64,000 nt of DNA. Source: Eledone cirrhosa. Lineage: Eukaryota. The position numbers were made by a program, and so were the translations under genes. The DNA lies in NCBI GenBank assembly GCA_964016885.1, contig OZ024754.1, positions 3,906,001-3,970,000 on the forward strand. The letters run 5' to 3'. The number at the start of each line of letters is the position of its first letter. Position 1 is the first letter of the stretch. The notes under the pieces were generated by a model, which saw nothing but the letters and a program-made list of their open reading frames with translations, was not told the origin of the DNA and did no database searches. This document shows, piece after piece, positions 12,361 through 25,880 of this stretch.

Positions 12361-13780
12361 TTATTCTAGAGTACACACAATGAAATACCAGTAAAATTGT
12401 GCGTTCGGCATAGCTGAACTTCCCCTTACGCCCTACATTGTTGGCCTAATGCCTGAAGTAGTAGAATCGTTTCACTAAGTACAAACCTATAACGTAATAT
12501 ATGACATTTCTTATGTGATATTGAATTATATAATTATTTTATTATACATATAACGTTTACATAAATAGGCTGTCATCTGCTTCGTTGAATACTGACAGAC
12601 AAATAGTTTACGACGGAAGAAAGCAAACAATGACATTTTACTTGGTATTCTGATATCGCTTTAGATAGGAATAAGTAAATTCTCTCTGAATACTAATACT
12701 GCTACAACAGCCGCCACTCGCAATCGTGTAGGACTTCATACTATGTAATATGCTTTCTTTAAGTTTTTTATGATATGTTTATTGTTTTTGAAGTAAAAAA
12801 ACAAACGTCAATACATCAAACGCAACAGTGAGAGATGGAGAAAGCGGGAGACGGAGGACGTGACAGTTGGAGTTTAGTTCCTTTGTGTTCAGCCCTGATG
12901 TATATGTATATAGTTCACGGACACCCACACACTTTACATATATTATAAGGGATACGATCAATAAAATAGTTGGGAAAACGTTGACATTTTATGGAAAACT
13001 TAACTACCATTTGTCAAAGAAATGTTCACAAATGGATACACTATTGTTGTCTTTCTGCTAGTACAAGATTCGATGTTTGTTGGGTGCACAATATAGGAAT
13101 GAATGTCAATGATTTAGCTTAATTCTTTAGTTTCCATATTTTTAACGAAACACACTGGCCATTGTTTTAAAATCATTTTGAAGATTATCAAGAAATATGA
13201 AATGTTTGGTAAAATAACTAAATCCTGCAAAAGCCAGCAGGCGTTTGGAACACACCAAAGGGTCTTGCTTGAAGTCATTTTGGAAGGATGTTAAATAAAT
13301 ATAAACATTTTAAAACAAACAGTTTATATCGTAATACCAGGAGTGGTTTCAGACACGTTAGTATCAAAATAGTTAATCTTTATCTGCTGTAGAAATATTC
13401 ATTTTTTTAAGTACATTTATTTGTTTGTTACATTCACGCTGATCTTAATCATCTTCACGTTGACATGTCAAAGATATTCGATAAAAGAGACAATCTCAGA
13501 GCCACATCATTCATCAAAGGCTTTCTTGATCACATAGTGGTACTTTGTTTCGAAAATCTCTCAGCCACCCAAAACCTACAGTAGCATAACATCCCGTATG
13601 CTTACCTCGAGTCTCACATTTAGATTACAACTTTAGACTGCATACATTCACACAATTTAACCTTTGTCTAACATACAACATACAAACAGCTTCTACTATG
13701 TGTTAATCTTTCCTAACTTTCATTTCTTTTATTTTCTCCACTGAAATTCCGTCTTATTTATGATAATTATGAACGTTTAC

Positions 13781-13847
<67 letters not shown>

Positions 13848-13901
13848 GTGAGGTTTCTTTTACAAAATGAAAAATAACCGAGGTGTCCTACACGAGTGGA
13901 A

Positions 13902-14147
13902 GTATAAAGAAAAAGGGATGAAATCGAAAATGCAACTGAAGTCTTATTTTTTTTTAAAATATATATATTTATTTGGTTCCTTTACCGGTTTCGCAGTTCT
14001 TCTGCTTTTGGAAAAACCACAGACCCTCCATCTCAACTCACCTTTTGAAAAGCAGAAGAACTGCGAAACCGGTAAAGGAACCAAATAAATATATATATTT
14101 TTTAAAAAAATAAGACTTCAGTTGCATTTTCGATTTCATCCCTTTTT

Positions 14148-14154
<7 letters not shown>
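13902..14154. repeat. Fold-back (about 108-bp arms), Penelope-like remnant next to (TA)n
   Basis: 13902-14009 is the reverse complement of 14048-14154 apart from homopolymer length differences. Confidence 0.92.
14041..14078 (+). ncRNA. Minimal type I hammerhead, U3-A8 variant
   Basis: CCTT-TTGAAAA-GCAG(AAGAA)CTGC-GAAA-CCGG-TA-AAGG: stem I CCTT/AAGG, palindromic stem III ACCGGT, GTA triplet. Confidence 0.65.
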
Positions 14155-14199
<45 letters not shown>

Positions 14200-14283
14200 A
14201 TAATAATACATTTGAAGACTAAAATCCAAAGAGGGCTCGATAAGGATAAATATATATCAAATATATAAGAACCGTAGAGAAAA

Positions 14284-14400
14284 TATTTATTAAAATAACA
14301 GATTAAAGTTTAAGCAAAGAATCGCGGCTTTCACCCTTAACCCGTTAAGGGTGACAGCAGAGATTCTTTGCTTAAACTTTAATCTGTTATATTAATAAAT
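14284..14400. repeat. Near-perfect 117-bp palindrome abutting (TA)n
   Basis: TAACAGATTAAAGTTTAAGCAAAGAATC...CACCCTTAAC-C-CGTTAAGGGTG...GATTCTTTGCTTAAACTTTAATCTGTTA. Confidence 0.9.
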
Positions 14401-14402
14401 AA

Positions 14403-14454
<52 letters not shown>

Positions 14455-14479
14455 TAGGGGTAGAACAAAAAAAAAGAGT

Positions 14480-14900
14480 GGTGAGTTCCCAACCATGGAT
14501 ACTGGAAAGATATATGTTGTTGATGTTACACTTCAATATGTTCAAGTCTAATCCTTTTGGAAAGACATGAGCATCGAACATCTAGGCAAGAAGGACAACA
14601 TAATGTGGGTACGCGAAGATGTGAAACAACATGGTGGATGAGAGGAGGAAGGTGCATTTAATTATGAGTACATGAGATAAGCCAGCTCGGAGGAGCATAG
14701 TTATTTGTAGTAGATGCAGAGTGGCAAGAGGGATGACACCGCACGCTGGCGCACACCTGTATGAAGTCTAGATGAAATGTATTCTCGAATGACATGGTTG
14801 TTTGTGAATTAGATTCTCTCTGAATGCGTTCATATATGGAAAGGGGTGATCGATAACAGTATCCCACAGGAAGTGGTACCAGTAAAATATTGTGGATCAC
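14480..14900 (-). mobile_element. Degenerate CR1/Jockey-group LINE 3' fragment
   Basis: Minus peptides MLSFLPRCS and AHVFPKGLDLNILKCNINNIYL resemble the SF.PRT..WN.LP..VFP...L..FK..IN C-terminus. Confidence 0.45.
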
Positions 14901-15110
14901 ATACATTTACTTAATGATTGACAATACTTTGGTAAATGTATGTTAAAGTTTATGTTTATGTGAAATTGTATAGGATTGATACATGTCCAGAGTTGTCTAA
15001 CTTATTTGTTTGTAAAATTAAAATATTAATAGGCCTTAATCTGCTGTTGCATTTTCTTCACCGCATAATCATATCCCTTTCACTATAACACAAAATATTT
15101 TAACGTTAAC

Positions 15111-15179
<69 letters not shown>

Positions 15180-15275
15180 TCAAAGGGTATATATAATTAG
15201 ACACAGATACATATATGAGTTTGGCTACCTTTCACGGACTAGGAGAGGAAATACTGTATATATTTTATCTAATAG

Positions 15276-16209
<934 letters not shown>

Positions 16210-16397
16210 TATATATATATATATAGAAGTGGTAACACAACAGTTTGTTCACCATACCGAGAACAATTGTTCTTGATATGGTGAACTAACTGTTGTGTTA
16301 CCACTTCTACCTAACTCGTCCCATGGACTCTACCACTACGGATATTACCTTCCAGTGTCTACCTCTCCCTCTCTCTCTATATATATTATTATATATT

Positions 16398-16582
16398 TGG
16401 ATTGGTAGTATCGGTAGAGGGTCGGACGCCATGCTTTCCAGCATGCATAGTTACGTCCCTTTACGATCTGAGTTCAAATCCCGCCGAGGTTGACTTTGCC
16501 TTTCATCCTTACGGGGTCGATAAAATAAAGTACCAGTAAGGCACTGGGTAATTGCTGGCCTTGTGCCTAAAGTAGAAACAAT
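16398..16582 (+). mobile_element. tRNA-derived SINE, short subfamily
   Basis: Consensus match; ATTATATAT on both flanks. Confidence 0.9.
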
Positions 16583-16600
16583 TATATATATATATATATT

Positions 16601-16732
16601 AGAATTAGCCGTCGAAACGGCTTGAGCTCAGCTGTCGGGGTCTTACTGGTTCCTATTACCCACTCTACTACCTCAAGTATTGAGTACTTTGGTGCGTTAT
16701 GGTCCACCTGGTTCCTTACCACATTTCCTTCG

Positions 16733-16735
<3 letters not shown>
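16601..16735 (+). mobile_element. Penelope-like pseudo-LTR remnant in (TA)n
   Basis: Near-identical to 7947-8078, without the inverted arm. Confidence 0.7.
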
Positions 16736-16770
<35 letters not shown>

Positions 16771-17549
16771 TACAGACACATATGTACAAACAAGTTGATT
16801 GAAGCATGTGGAGAGCTCCAACATTTGTGTGAAGGACAGTGTGAATCACACAGCAACGCAAGGAAAACACTTATTGCGTATTTGTTTAGGTCAGAATAGA
16901 TGCGTTGTATGACAGGACAAACGTACAAGAATACAGACCAGTATCATCATTAAAGCCAGATATAACATGTGTGTCGTATTGTGTTAAGACAACATCCATA
17001 CATCACAGCATGCTTTTACATTGCATTGATAAACGTCATCGATGTACGTAGAAGTGAGCAAACATATCTCCCAAGTCAATTGTTTTCGTCATTTTGTCCC
17101 TTGCTACTGCTGTTTTGCTTGTTGTTTGTGCGGACGGTGATTTTTTTTTTTTATTCTAGTGTTATTGTGATTTTTATTGGTTTTTGTTGTTTTCGTTGTT
17201 TGTTTGTTTTGTTTTCGTTGTTGTTATTGGTAGTGTATGTGTTGTTATTGTTGGCGTACTTTTTGTTATTATTTGTTGGTGTATTTCTTGTTATTATTCC
17301 CTGTTTTAGTTCTCGGTATTGCTTTTGGTCTGAGAAGATGTAAAGTGTCTGGTGTCCGTGTGAGGAAAAGAAGAAAATAAAAGCAAGAAAGTAAGATACA
17401 ACGATTTAGAATACCATTGCGATTGAGACGGAGAAAGAATGGAAGGGATAGAAGGGAGGGAAGAAAATCAGTGATGAAGAGTGTGTCAGAAACAGAAAGG
17501 GAGGAAAAATGAACAGACTCTCTCTATCTCTCTCTCTCTATATATATAT

Positions 17550-17648
<99 letters not shown>

Positions 17649-18297
17649 TAACGAGATAAAGAAAAAGGAAGAGCAAATGGGAGAATGGGAAAGAAAATAA
17701 CGATAAGATATATTTGATGCAGGAAGCAAGTTATTTTCTCTTCTTATTTTCTCTTCAGTTATCTGTTCTTATTTAGGCCGTCTGTCCATTCTTTAAGGTC
17801 GAGAGTCATGAATATTTCATATCTGTAACAGCATGAATAATGAAAGATCAACAAATAGGTTAAGGCTGAAAAGAAGACGTAAACTTGATACCGAACATAT
17901 TAAAGCTAGCCATACACTGATCGTATTACATACAAAGGCGGTGATCTTTTGTTGTAGTTATTATTCAATAAATCAATTAGCAATGATTCTAATCACACAA
18001 GGGACACACCCCAAACAGACAACGAAATTTGAACTACAGTCCTTAATTTGTATTTAAAACACCCTAACAATAAACAAATATATGATGTTATTAAAATGTC
18101 CACAGACGTTGTTTTACAGTCAAGTTCATATAGATTTGTTTGGTCCCCCAGCCACGATTCTCTTTAAATATACCTCCTAAGGTACATAAGTGTTATTAAT
18201 ATTCATTTTTTCCTGGCATATTGCCAATTTAGAAAATACAATAGCTTCCCGCTATTACTTTCTCAACACTTACTATGTTGCTCCATGTATACGTACA

Positions 18298-18336
<39 letters not shown>

Positions 18337-18338
<2 letters not shown>

Positions 18339-18525
18339 CAAAGGAATTGTGGTAAGGAACCAGATGGACCATAACGCACCAGAGTACTCAATACTTAGGG
18401 TAGTAGAGTGGGAAATAGGAAAAAGTATCACCCCAACGGCAGAGCTCAAGCCGTTTCGACGGCTATTTCTGGACTGAAATAGCCGTCGAAACGGCATGAG
18501 CTCTGCCGTTGGGGTCATACTTTTA
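18337..18525 (-). mobile_element. Penelope-like pseudo-LTR remnant with inverted duplication, in (TA)n
   Basis: Reverse complement of the 7947-8078 family; inverted repeat about 18421-18468 / 18476-18524. Confidence 0.75.
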
Positions 18526-18541
18526 TATATATATATATATA

Positions 18542-18625
18542 TAGTGAAAGAATGAAAAGTAACATGGTTGGCTGTACAACAAGGGGCTTTATTTCAGGTA
18601 TTAACAATTGTTTCATTGATCATTT
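18542..18625 (-). mobile_element. Short dispersed repeat (second copy 19641-19722), probable Penelope-like end
   Basis: TAGTGAAAGA.TGAA..TAACATG.T.GGCTGTACAACAAGGGGCTTTATTTCA..TA.TAACAATTGTTTCATTGATCA at both loci, both starting at (TA)n; minus strand GAAACAATTGTTA. Confidence 0.55.
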
Positions 18626-18779
18626 GCCTAACTATGGAAACATCTTGTTGAGTCAAACAAAGCCGTACGTTAAAACTATCCACGACAGAGAGTACTCACA
18701 ACCTCTAACTGGATTACCTATAACGATAACTTGTTATCCCATATATATACATATATATATATGATTTCGAATCACATCA

Positions 18780-19240
18780 CGTCTGAAAGTAATCGACATT
18801 TTGGCAAACTACAACATCGTTTATATCAGAAGTATATCTACAAAAACGAAACTTGCAGTTTATTCAGCTCAGAGTCTTCATCGAACCTACATTTATAAGT
18901 TTGATGTATTTTACAAACATTGTCTTCGCTCTATCTCTGGTTACCCACTTTTTGACAGAGTATCTAAACCTAATCTATTCACGACGTGTAACATCGGTGT
19001 GATTGAGTGATTTCTGATGGAATCCCAACACAGATGCGCTGCTCATATTCTATGAATGACTGAAGACGGGACACCTAAAGTGTACATAATATAGAAAGAC
19101 CAATACGCAGATAGAAAGACAAACTGAAGTACAATCTGAAAATCTGTGAATATACCTTTTAATCTATTGAAACAAAAACTGCTGACAGTGGAAAATGGAT
19201 TGCTGTCTGCCATGAAGGTATAAAGCCCTTCGAAAAATCA
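18780..19240 (+). mobile_element. Degenerate RTE-clade LINE fragment
   Basis: Peptides ISTKTKLAVY, CLRSISG, DRVSK, AHIL*MTEDGTPK, KDKLKYNLK, DSGKWIAVCHEGIKPFE follow the RTE ORF C-terminal order. Confidence 0.7.
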
Positions 19241-19458
19241 CATCTGATCCATCTTTCTGATCTAAGATCTAACAACTAGATCCGATTAAACCCTACATCA
19301 TCGCTGAAAGTCATGTCATCTGCATAAATATGGCTTGGTGTTTAAATCAGCAGATGGACTACAGTGCCATTTAAGATCTAACCATAAAAAATGAACTGAA
19401 AAGATTGTTGAACCCTTATACGTCGATAAGAGATGTCATCCTTACAGGTATACACACG

Positions 19459-19515
<57 letters not shown>

Positions 19516-19524
19516 ACACACCCA

Positions 19525-19619
<95 letters not shown>

Positions 19620-19726
19620 ACACATATATATATATATATATAGTGAAAGATTGAAGAATAACATGATCGGCTGTACAACAAGGGGCTTTATTTCAAGTAG
19701 TAACAATTGTTTCATTGATCAGGTGA

Positions 19727-19827
<101 letters not shown>

Positions 19828-20332
19828 CTTGTGTGTGAGATGGAGTGCATGTGTATGTATGTTCATATACATTCAATCATACATACATATGTATATTTAC
19901 AGACAAATGTATTTGTTTTAGACGAAACATACTTTCCAAGTCAGAATTTCCTTCAAGTCAAGACATTTATTTCTATTTATTTAAAGTTTGTTTTTTCCTA
20001 TTTTATTTAACACATAGTTTCATAGAAATGGACAAGATGCTGTTATTTTTTTCTTTCACAGCAGGAATTCACGTTTTTCCTTCCCTTCTTCCTTTTCGTC
20101 TCTCAGAAATGATTGATCACAAAAGTCTGCCTACCCGCATTAAACTTCCTTAATCTAACTCCATGTTACCATTCTAAATATGAAAAATAACTAAAATAAA
20201 GTTGTTATATTTGAATTTTCTATGTGGACTTTCGCTCAATTATAATTTCGCTTCGGGTTTTCGATATTGAAAACTTTTTGTATGCCATTACTTTTATCTT
20301 TTTACATTATTGTTATCATTACGGTAGTGGAT

Positions 20333-20412
20333 TGGCAGTACCTGTGTACCTGTGAAGCGTCGGACACCATGCTCTGCACCATAGAGTTGTGGCTCTTTAC
20401 GGTCTGATTTCT
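20333..20412 (+). mobile_element. SINE 5' (tRNA head) fragment
   Basis: GTGGATTGGCAGTA...CGTCGGACACCATGCT...TTTACGGTCTGA matches the SINE head. Confidence 0.6.
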
Positions 20413-20755
20413 ACATACATGTGTGTCTTCCCTATGCAGTGGCTACTGTGGATTGCCGCCCGAATTAAAAAGGACGTGAACAGTGAACTGGGCTGGTATC
20501 AGTCTTGAAATACTTCTCCAAATAAAGATAGACAACATCCAAGGACTGATTCGCTTTCCAGGCAGCGCGAAAATACGTGTGGCCAATGAAAAGTATTAAT
20601 GGCCCATATATTAGGGGGTCCTCGATTTAGAGTTCAGAACAACATTTTTAACAAAAAATGTGATGCAAACAAATGTAAATCGACAAAACCTACGGAGCAA
20701 AGGTACACGTAACGACTAGCTGAGATACCAACAGCAATACTAATAATAATAATAG

Positions 20756-21410
20756 TAGGATCTGTGGAGAGAGAGAGGAGACTGTGGCTCACATTGTATC
20801 CGAGTGTAAACACCTAGCCCAGACTCACTATAAAGGCTGGAGACATGATGTGATAGGCAGGGTAATCCACTGGCAAAGTAAACAATTTACCACATTATGA
20901 GAAGTGGTATGAGTGTAAGCCAGAGTCGGTGATAGAAAACGATCAGGTGAAGGTTCTATGGGATTTTAGGATACAGACGGACAAGAAATTAGAACACAAT
21001 AGGCCCGACCTGGTGGTTTTGGACAAGGAAAAAAGATCGTGCCTGATTGTAGATGTAGCCTGCCCATTTGACACGAGAGTGCAAGAAAAGGAGAGGGAGA
21101 AAATTAACCGCTACCAGGACTTAAAGTGGGAGTTAAAAAGGATTTGGAACTGCCATAAAATCACGGTCGTCCCGATTGTCATAGGAGCACTAGGTACTAT
21201 CTCAAAGAGTTTACAAGGATGGTTAAATAAGATTAGTCCAGCCCCGCTTTTTGGAACACTTCAAAAGGCATGCTTGCTGGGAACAGCAAGAACCCTCCGA
21301 TACGTCTTGAATATCTGAGACTGCAGGTAGCGGCTTGATATTCATTTCAACAAACTTTCCATTTAAATAACATCAATGACTGAGATTCAAAGAATAATAA
21401 ATAATAATAA
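20756..21410 (+). mobile_element. 5'-truncated R4/Dong-type LINE (REL endonuclease) with (TAA)n tail
   Basis: ICGEREETVAHIVSEC zinc knuckle, RHD, RPDLVV..IVDVACP..EKINRY (PD-D/ExK endonuclease); ORF 20929-21318; TAA repeats at both junctions. Confidence 0.9.
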
Positions 21411-21596
21411 TTGTTTCTACTTTTGGCACAAAGCCAGCAATTAAACCAGTGTATTACTGGTACTTTATTTTATCGACCCTGTAAGGATGAAAGGCAAAGT
21501 TAACCTCGGCGAGATTTGAAATCAAATCACAAAGGGCCATAACTCTATGCTGCAAAGCATGTCCGACCCTCTTCCGATACTGCCAATCCACCGCCC
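21411..21596 (-). mobile_element. tRNA-derived SINE, tail-to-tail with the LINE
   Basis: Reverse complement of the full consensus including the GGGCGGTGGATTGG start. Confidence 0.9.
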
Positions 21597-21684
21597 TTAA
21601 TAATAACAAGGAATAAACAAATATAATTTATATTACAGTTCTACTAAGATAATATAATTAATAGCGAATAACCTCCATATTTAT

Positions 21685-21715
<31 letters not shown>

Positions 21716-21904
21716 CGATGGTGACGATGGTGACGATTAAAATAACGATGCCGGTGACAATGACGATGGCTATGGCAACCAAGATGAGATAACTGTGGGG
21801 GGTTATGAGATGAGCCGAGGCGACATGTAAACATTTTTCTTTATATTTATATTATATTATATTATATATATTCTTTTCAATAATGGTTCATATTTTTTTT
21901 TCAA

Positions 21905-21945
<41 letters not shown>

Positions 21946-22383
21946 GTATCGTTATCATCATCATTGTTATTGTTATTATTATTATTATCATTGCCATTAT
22001 TGTGTGTTATTTTTAAACACGACACAATTCTCATCGAGTTTCTTCTTGTATTTTACTGGCTTTATTGAAAAATGACCAATTCTCTGTTTCTTGCCGGCGT
22101 CACATTGGCATTGTGTTTGATTCACTGCACCCCAGTGAAGGAAGGAAGAGAGCTAGCTGTGATTAATTTCGTCTGACACGCGAGCAAAACGAAACATGGA
22201 GACAAGACGCAAAGCATATATTCGCATAAACAAATGCTTCCTCAAGCTCGCTAAATTTCTATTTTAATCTATCTATCTATCCATCTATCTTTCTATCTAT
22301 CTACCGAGCCGTCTTGACACATGTATCTATATAAGTAGCCATCTATCTATCTATCTCTCGCTCTCTCTCTCTCTTCCTCGCTA

Positions 22384-22466
<83 letters not shown>

Positions 22467-22549
22467 CTATCTGCTAATTTACCTATCTACATAGCCATCT
22501 AGAAATATATATATATATATATATGTAGCCATCTATCTATCTGCTTCTT

Positions 22550-22632
<83 letters not shown>

Positions 22633-22856
22633 CTCTGTCTTTCTCACTCTCTCTCAATATCTATCTATCTTACGCACGCACACTGTCACACGTTACACCT
22701 ATTATCACAACAGATATGTAGCCGCTTGTCTATATGTATGTGTGTGTTTGTGCGTGAGAGCCTGTCTGTAAGTGTATATGTATGTATGTGTCTATGTATA
22801 TATGTATGTATGTATGCATGTATGCATGCGTGTATGTATATGTATCTATCTATCTA

Positions 22857-22907
<51 letters not shown>

Positions 22908-23000
22908 CGTGCTTTCGTCTATTTGTGTGTGTGTTTGTGTATGGTTTGTCTGCTTGTGCGTGTTTGTGTATGCTTTGTCTGTTTACTGTGTGTATATATG

Positions 23001-23057
<57 letters not shown>

Positions 23058-23143
23058 TGTGTGTGTGTATGCAACAGTACACATTTTGTTTCTTTCCCTA
23101 TTCACTGGCTGCTTTGTGTACCACCATATATATCAACATTATA

Positions 23144-23185
<42 letters not shown>

Positions 23186-24009
23186 CATATACAGGGCTTA
23201 TATATGTACACATGTCACCTACATAAACACGTTTCAAGTACAAATTAAAATAATCTCGAAATATATGAATAAATATTCCTAATTAAACAATGTCTTCAAA
23301 CCATATTCCAGATGCCCTAATTCCACGAATAATAAATTAAGGTGAATTTATATATTTTCCAGCATTCTTGAAAAGGTACCAAAATGTTTTTTTTTTATTA
23401 TTTATGGAAATTATCCGTTTTGGAAATATAAAACTTTAATATATATGTATGATGTATGTATATATGTATGTTTACAGCTTTGTATGTGTGATAGTATGTA
23501 TGTATATATGTATTATATTTGTATGTATGTATATATGTATTATATATTTATGTATAGGGAGAGTTGACCCCTTAGCCTTTGTCAAGGCAGAATTCTAGGA
23601 GAAGGAAAACTTTGATATAACACCTGCAACCCTGATGGTATCCAATGATGTTGACTTGTTCTTCTTTTTGGTAAATATCATCTTGGTTAAGAGAGTGGGA
23701 CTGGCTTTGTGCAGTGCCTTTGCTCACTATAAAAGCTTCACGGCACAGGCATTGCTTTATATCTGGAGATCTCTCTGCACTTATTGTCACATGGTACCAT
23801 GGGCCCAGCACTATGTGTCAATAATTGTCACAAGTGTAGTGTTTGTACCAGAGTTTTCAAGTCACTGGCTGGACTAAAAAGTCACACTCGTTCAGCGCAT
23901 CGGTAGGGGTTCTCCTACATGGATATAAAGTAGTGGCCGTACTCGTAAACAAGTTGGCAGCCACCATTATATATGTATGTATATATGTATGTATGTCCTC
24001 TTTCTCTTA

Positions 24010-24285
24010 ATTTCGAGTACATTTTTGACCAGCCACCTTCCTGGTGGTAAGGTTGTAGAATAAATGAAATTCTCATCCCTTGAATCGCAAGAAGGTTTTG
24101 CAAATGTTGAAGGTATCAGATACATTCTGCGCTCTTTGTCCTCTAATCCAAGTTCAGTCATACTTTGGTCCAAGCGGGTTGGTATATAACCTGTAGCTCC
24201 GATAATAATAGGTATAAAGCTGAAGGTGTATCGTAGACTCTGGGTCTGCAAACTCCTCATCAATGGTCCGTAAGTACGTTTACAT
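24010..24285 (-). mobile_element. 3' fragment of a second REL-endonuclease LINE family
   Basis: KRTYGPLMRSLQ..YTFSFIPIIIGATGYIP..LGL and LQNLLAIQGMRI resemble the K..Y..L..P.IIG..G..LQ C-terminus of R4/NeSL/HERO-like elements. Confidence 0.6.
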
Positions 24286-24853
24286 CTTTGTATGTATGCA
24301 AGCAGGCATGTATGTATATATGTGACGTCCGAAAGAGTATTCTCTACTTCAAATATCTTACCCATCTCCTCATGGTCCCCACCGACGGGATGGAGAATAA
24401 ATTACCCCGGAGGACGATGAGATAGAAGTCCTGGAACAGCCACTCCACCTCGCATTTGCAGACAGCCATTTAGACACAGTGAGAGAAACCTGTTTGCATC
24501 AACCCCCAGTGCATAACTGTTACTAGACTTTAACGTGAACGGAACAATTAAAGGCACATTTGAGACAAGAAGTATTAGATATTAGAAATTAAAGAGACAT
24601 AATTGAATACTGAAGGTCTATTGGTTCTACCAATCTACCACAATTACAGCTAACAATAATATTGAAGAGACACGTCTTTATTTATGTAAAGAATGTCGAA
24701 AATACGTTGTATTCTACATACATATAATATGAATGTATATACATTTGAAACGTATATATATACACACACACACACACAGCATAAAATAGACACTCACTAT
24801 CTAACTCACTATCTCGTACACTTTTACTCACTCACTTTCGATCACTCACTCAC

Positions 24854-24903
<50 letters not shown>

Positions 24904-25488
24904 CATCTATCTGTCTATATCTTATAACTACCCCTCTGTTATAACTATTCATTATATTTTACCATTTTCAGTGTTGTTTGGAAATAATCTTAATTTTTTG
25001 AGTATTTTACAGCTTTGCTAATTTTGTTTTGAAAATTCTTTCTGTCCATATATATATATATATACACACACACACATATATATATACACACACACACACA
25101 ACACACATATATATATATATTTATATATATATATATATATACCTTAGAGTGCATGTATTCACTTTTATTTTAATTTTCTTCTCCTTTGCATCGTTTTAAT
25201 CGGATTCAAAGATTTACTCTTACGGAAACATTCTTAAGAGTGAACAACTAATTTCTCTTTCCGATTTTTTCAGTTTCATTTATTTATTTATATTTGCTAT
25301 ACAACCTTACACAGAATCTCTCTCGTTCATTATTCATAAATTCATACGAATTTTCACTTTTCACCTATATCGTTACAATACATCAAACCAAAATGCATAC
25401 GCATGCACAACACCTTTTTTTCTTTATTTAGTTTAAATGCAAATGCAAATATTAGAGAATAAGAAATACAATGAATCCTTTTTAATAA

Positions 25489-25670
25489 TTGTTTCTACTT
25501 TTGGCACAAGGCCAGCAATTACCCAGCGCATTACTGGTGCTTTATTTTATCGACCCCGTAAGGATGAAAGTCAAAGTTAACCTCGGTGGGATTTGAACTC
25601 AGAATGGCAAGGGCCGTAACTCTATGCGTCAAAGCCTGGCGTCCGACCTTCTACCGATACTGCCAATCCA
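25489..25670 (-). mobile_element. tRNA-derived SINE, short subfamily
   Basis: Consensus match on the minus strand. Confidence 0.9.
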
Positions 25671-25880
25671 ATGTCTTCTCTTTAACTACATCTCTTTTCA
25701 TTCTATGGTCAAATAAATCCGACTTGGAGAAAGTAACACTGAGATGATATGTAACTTTCTGATTATGCTGGAACACATATTTTGATATATCTATATATAT
25801 GACTTAAATAATACAGAAATATATGTGCTTTGTACTTCATTTCATTGATTCCAGAAAGATGAAAGGTGAAGTAGAACTTC

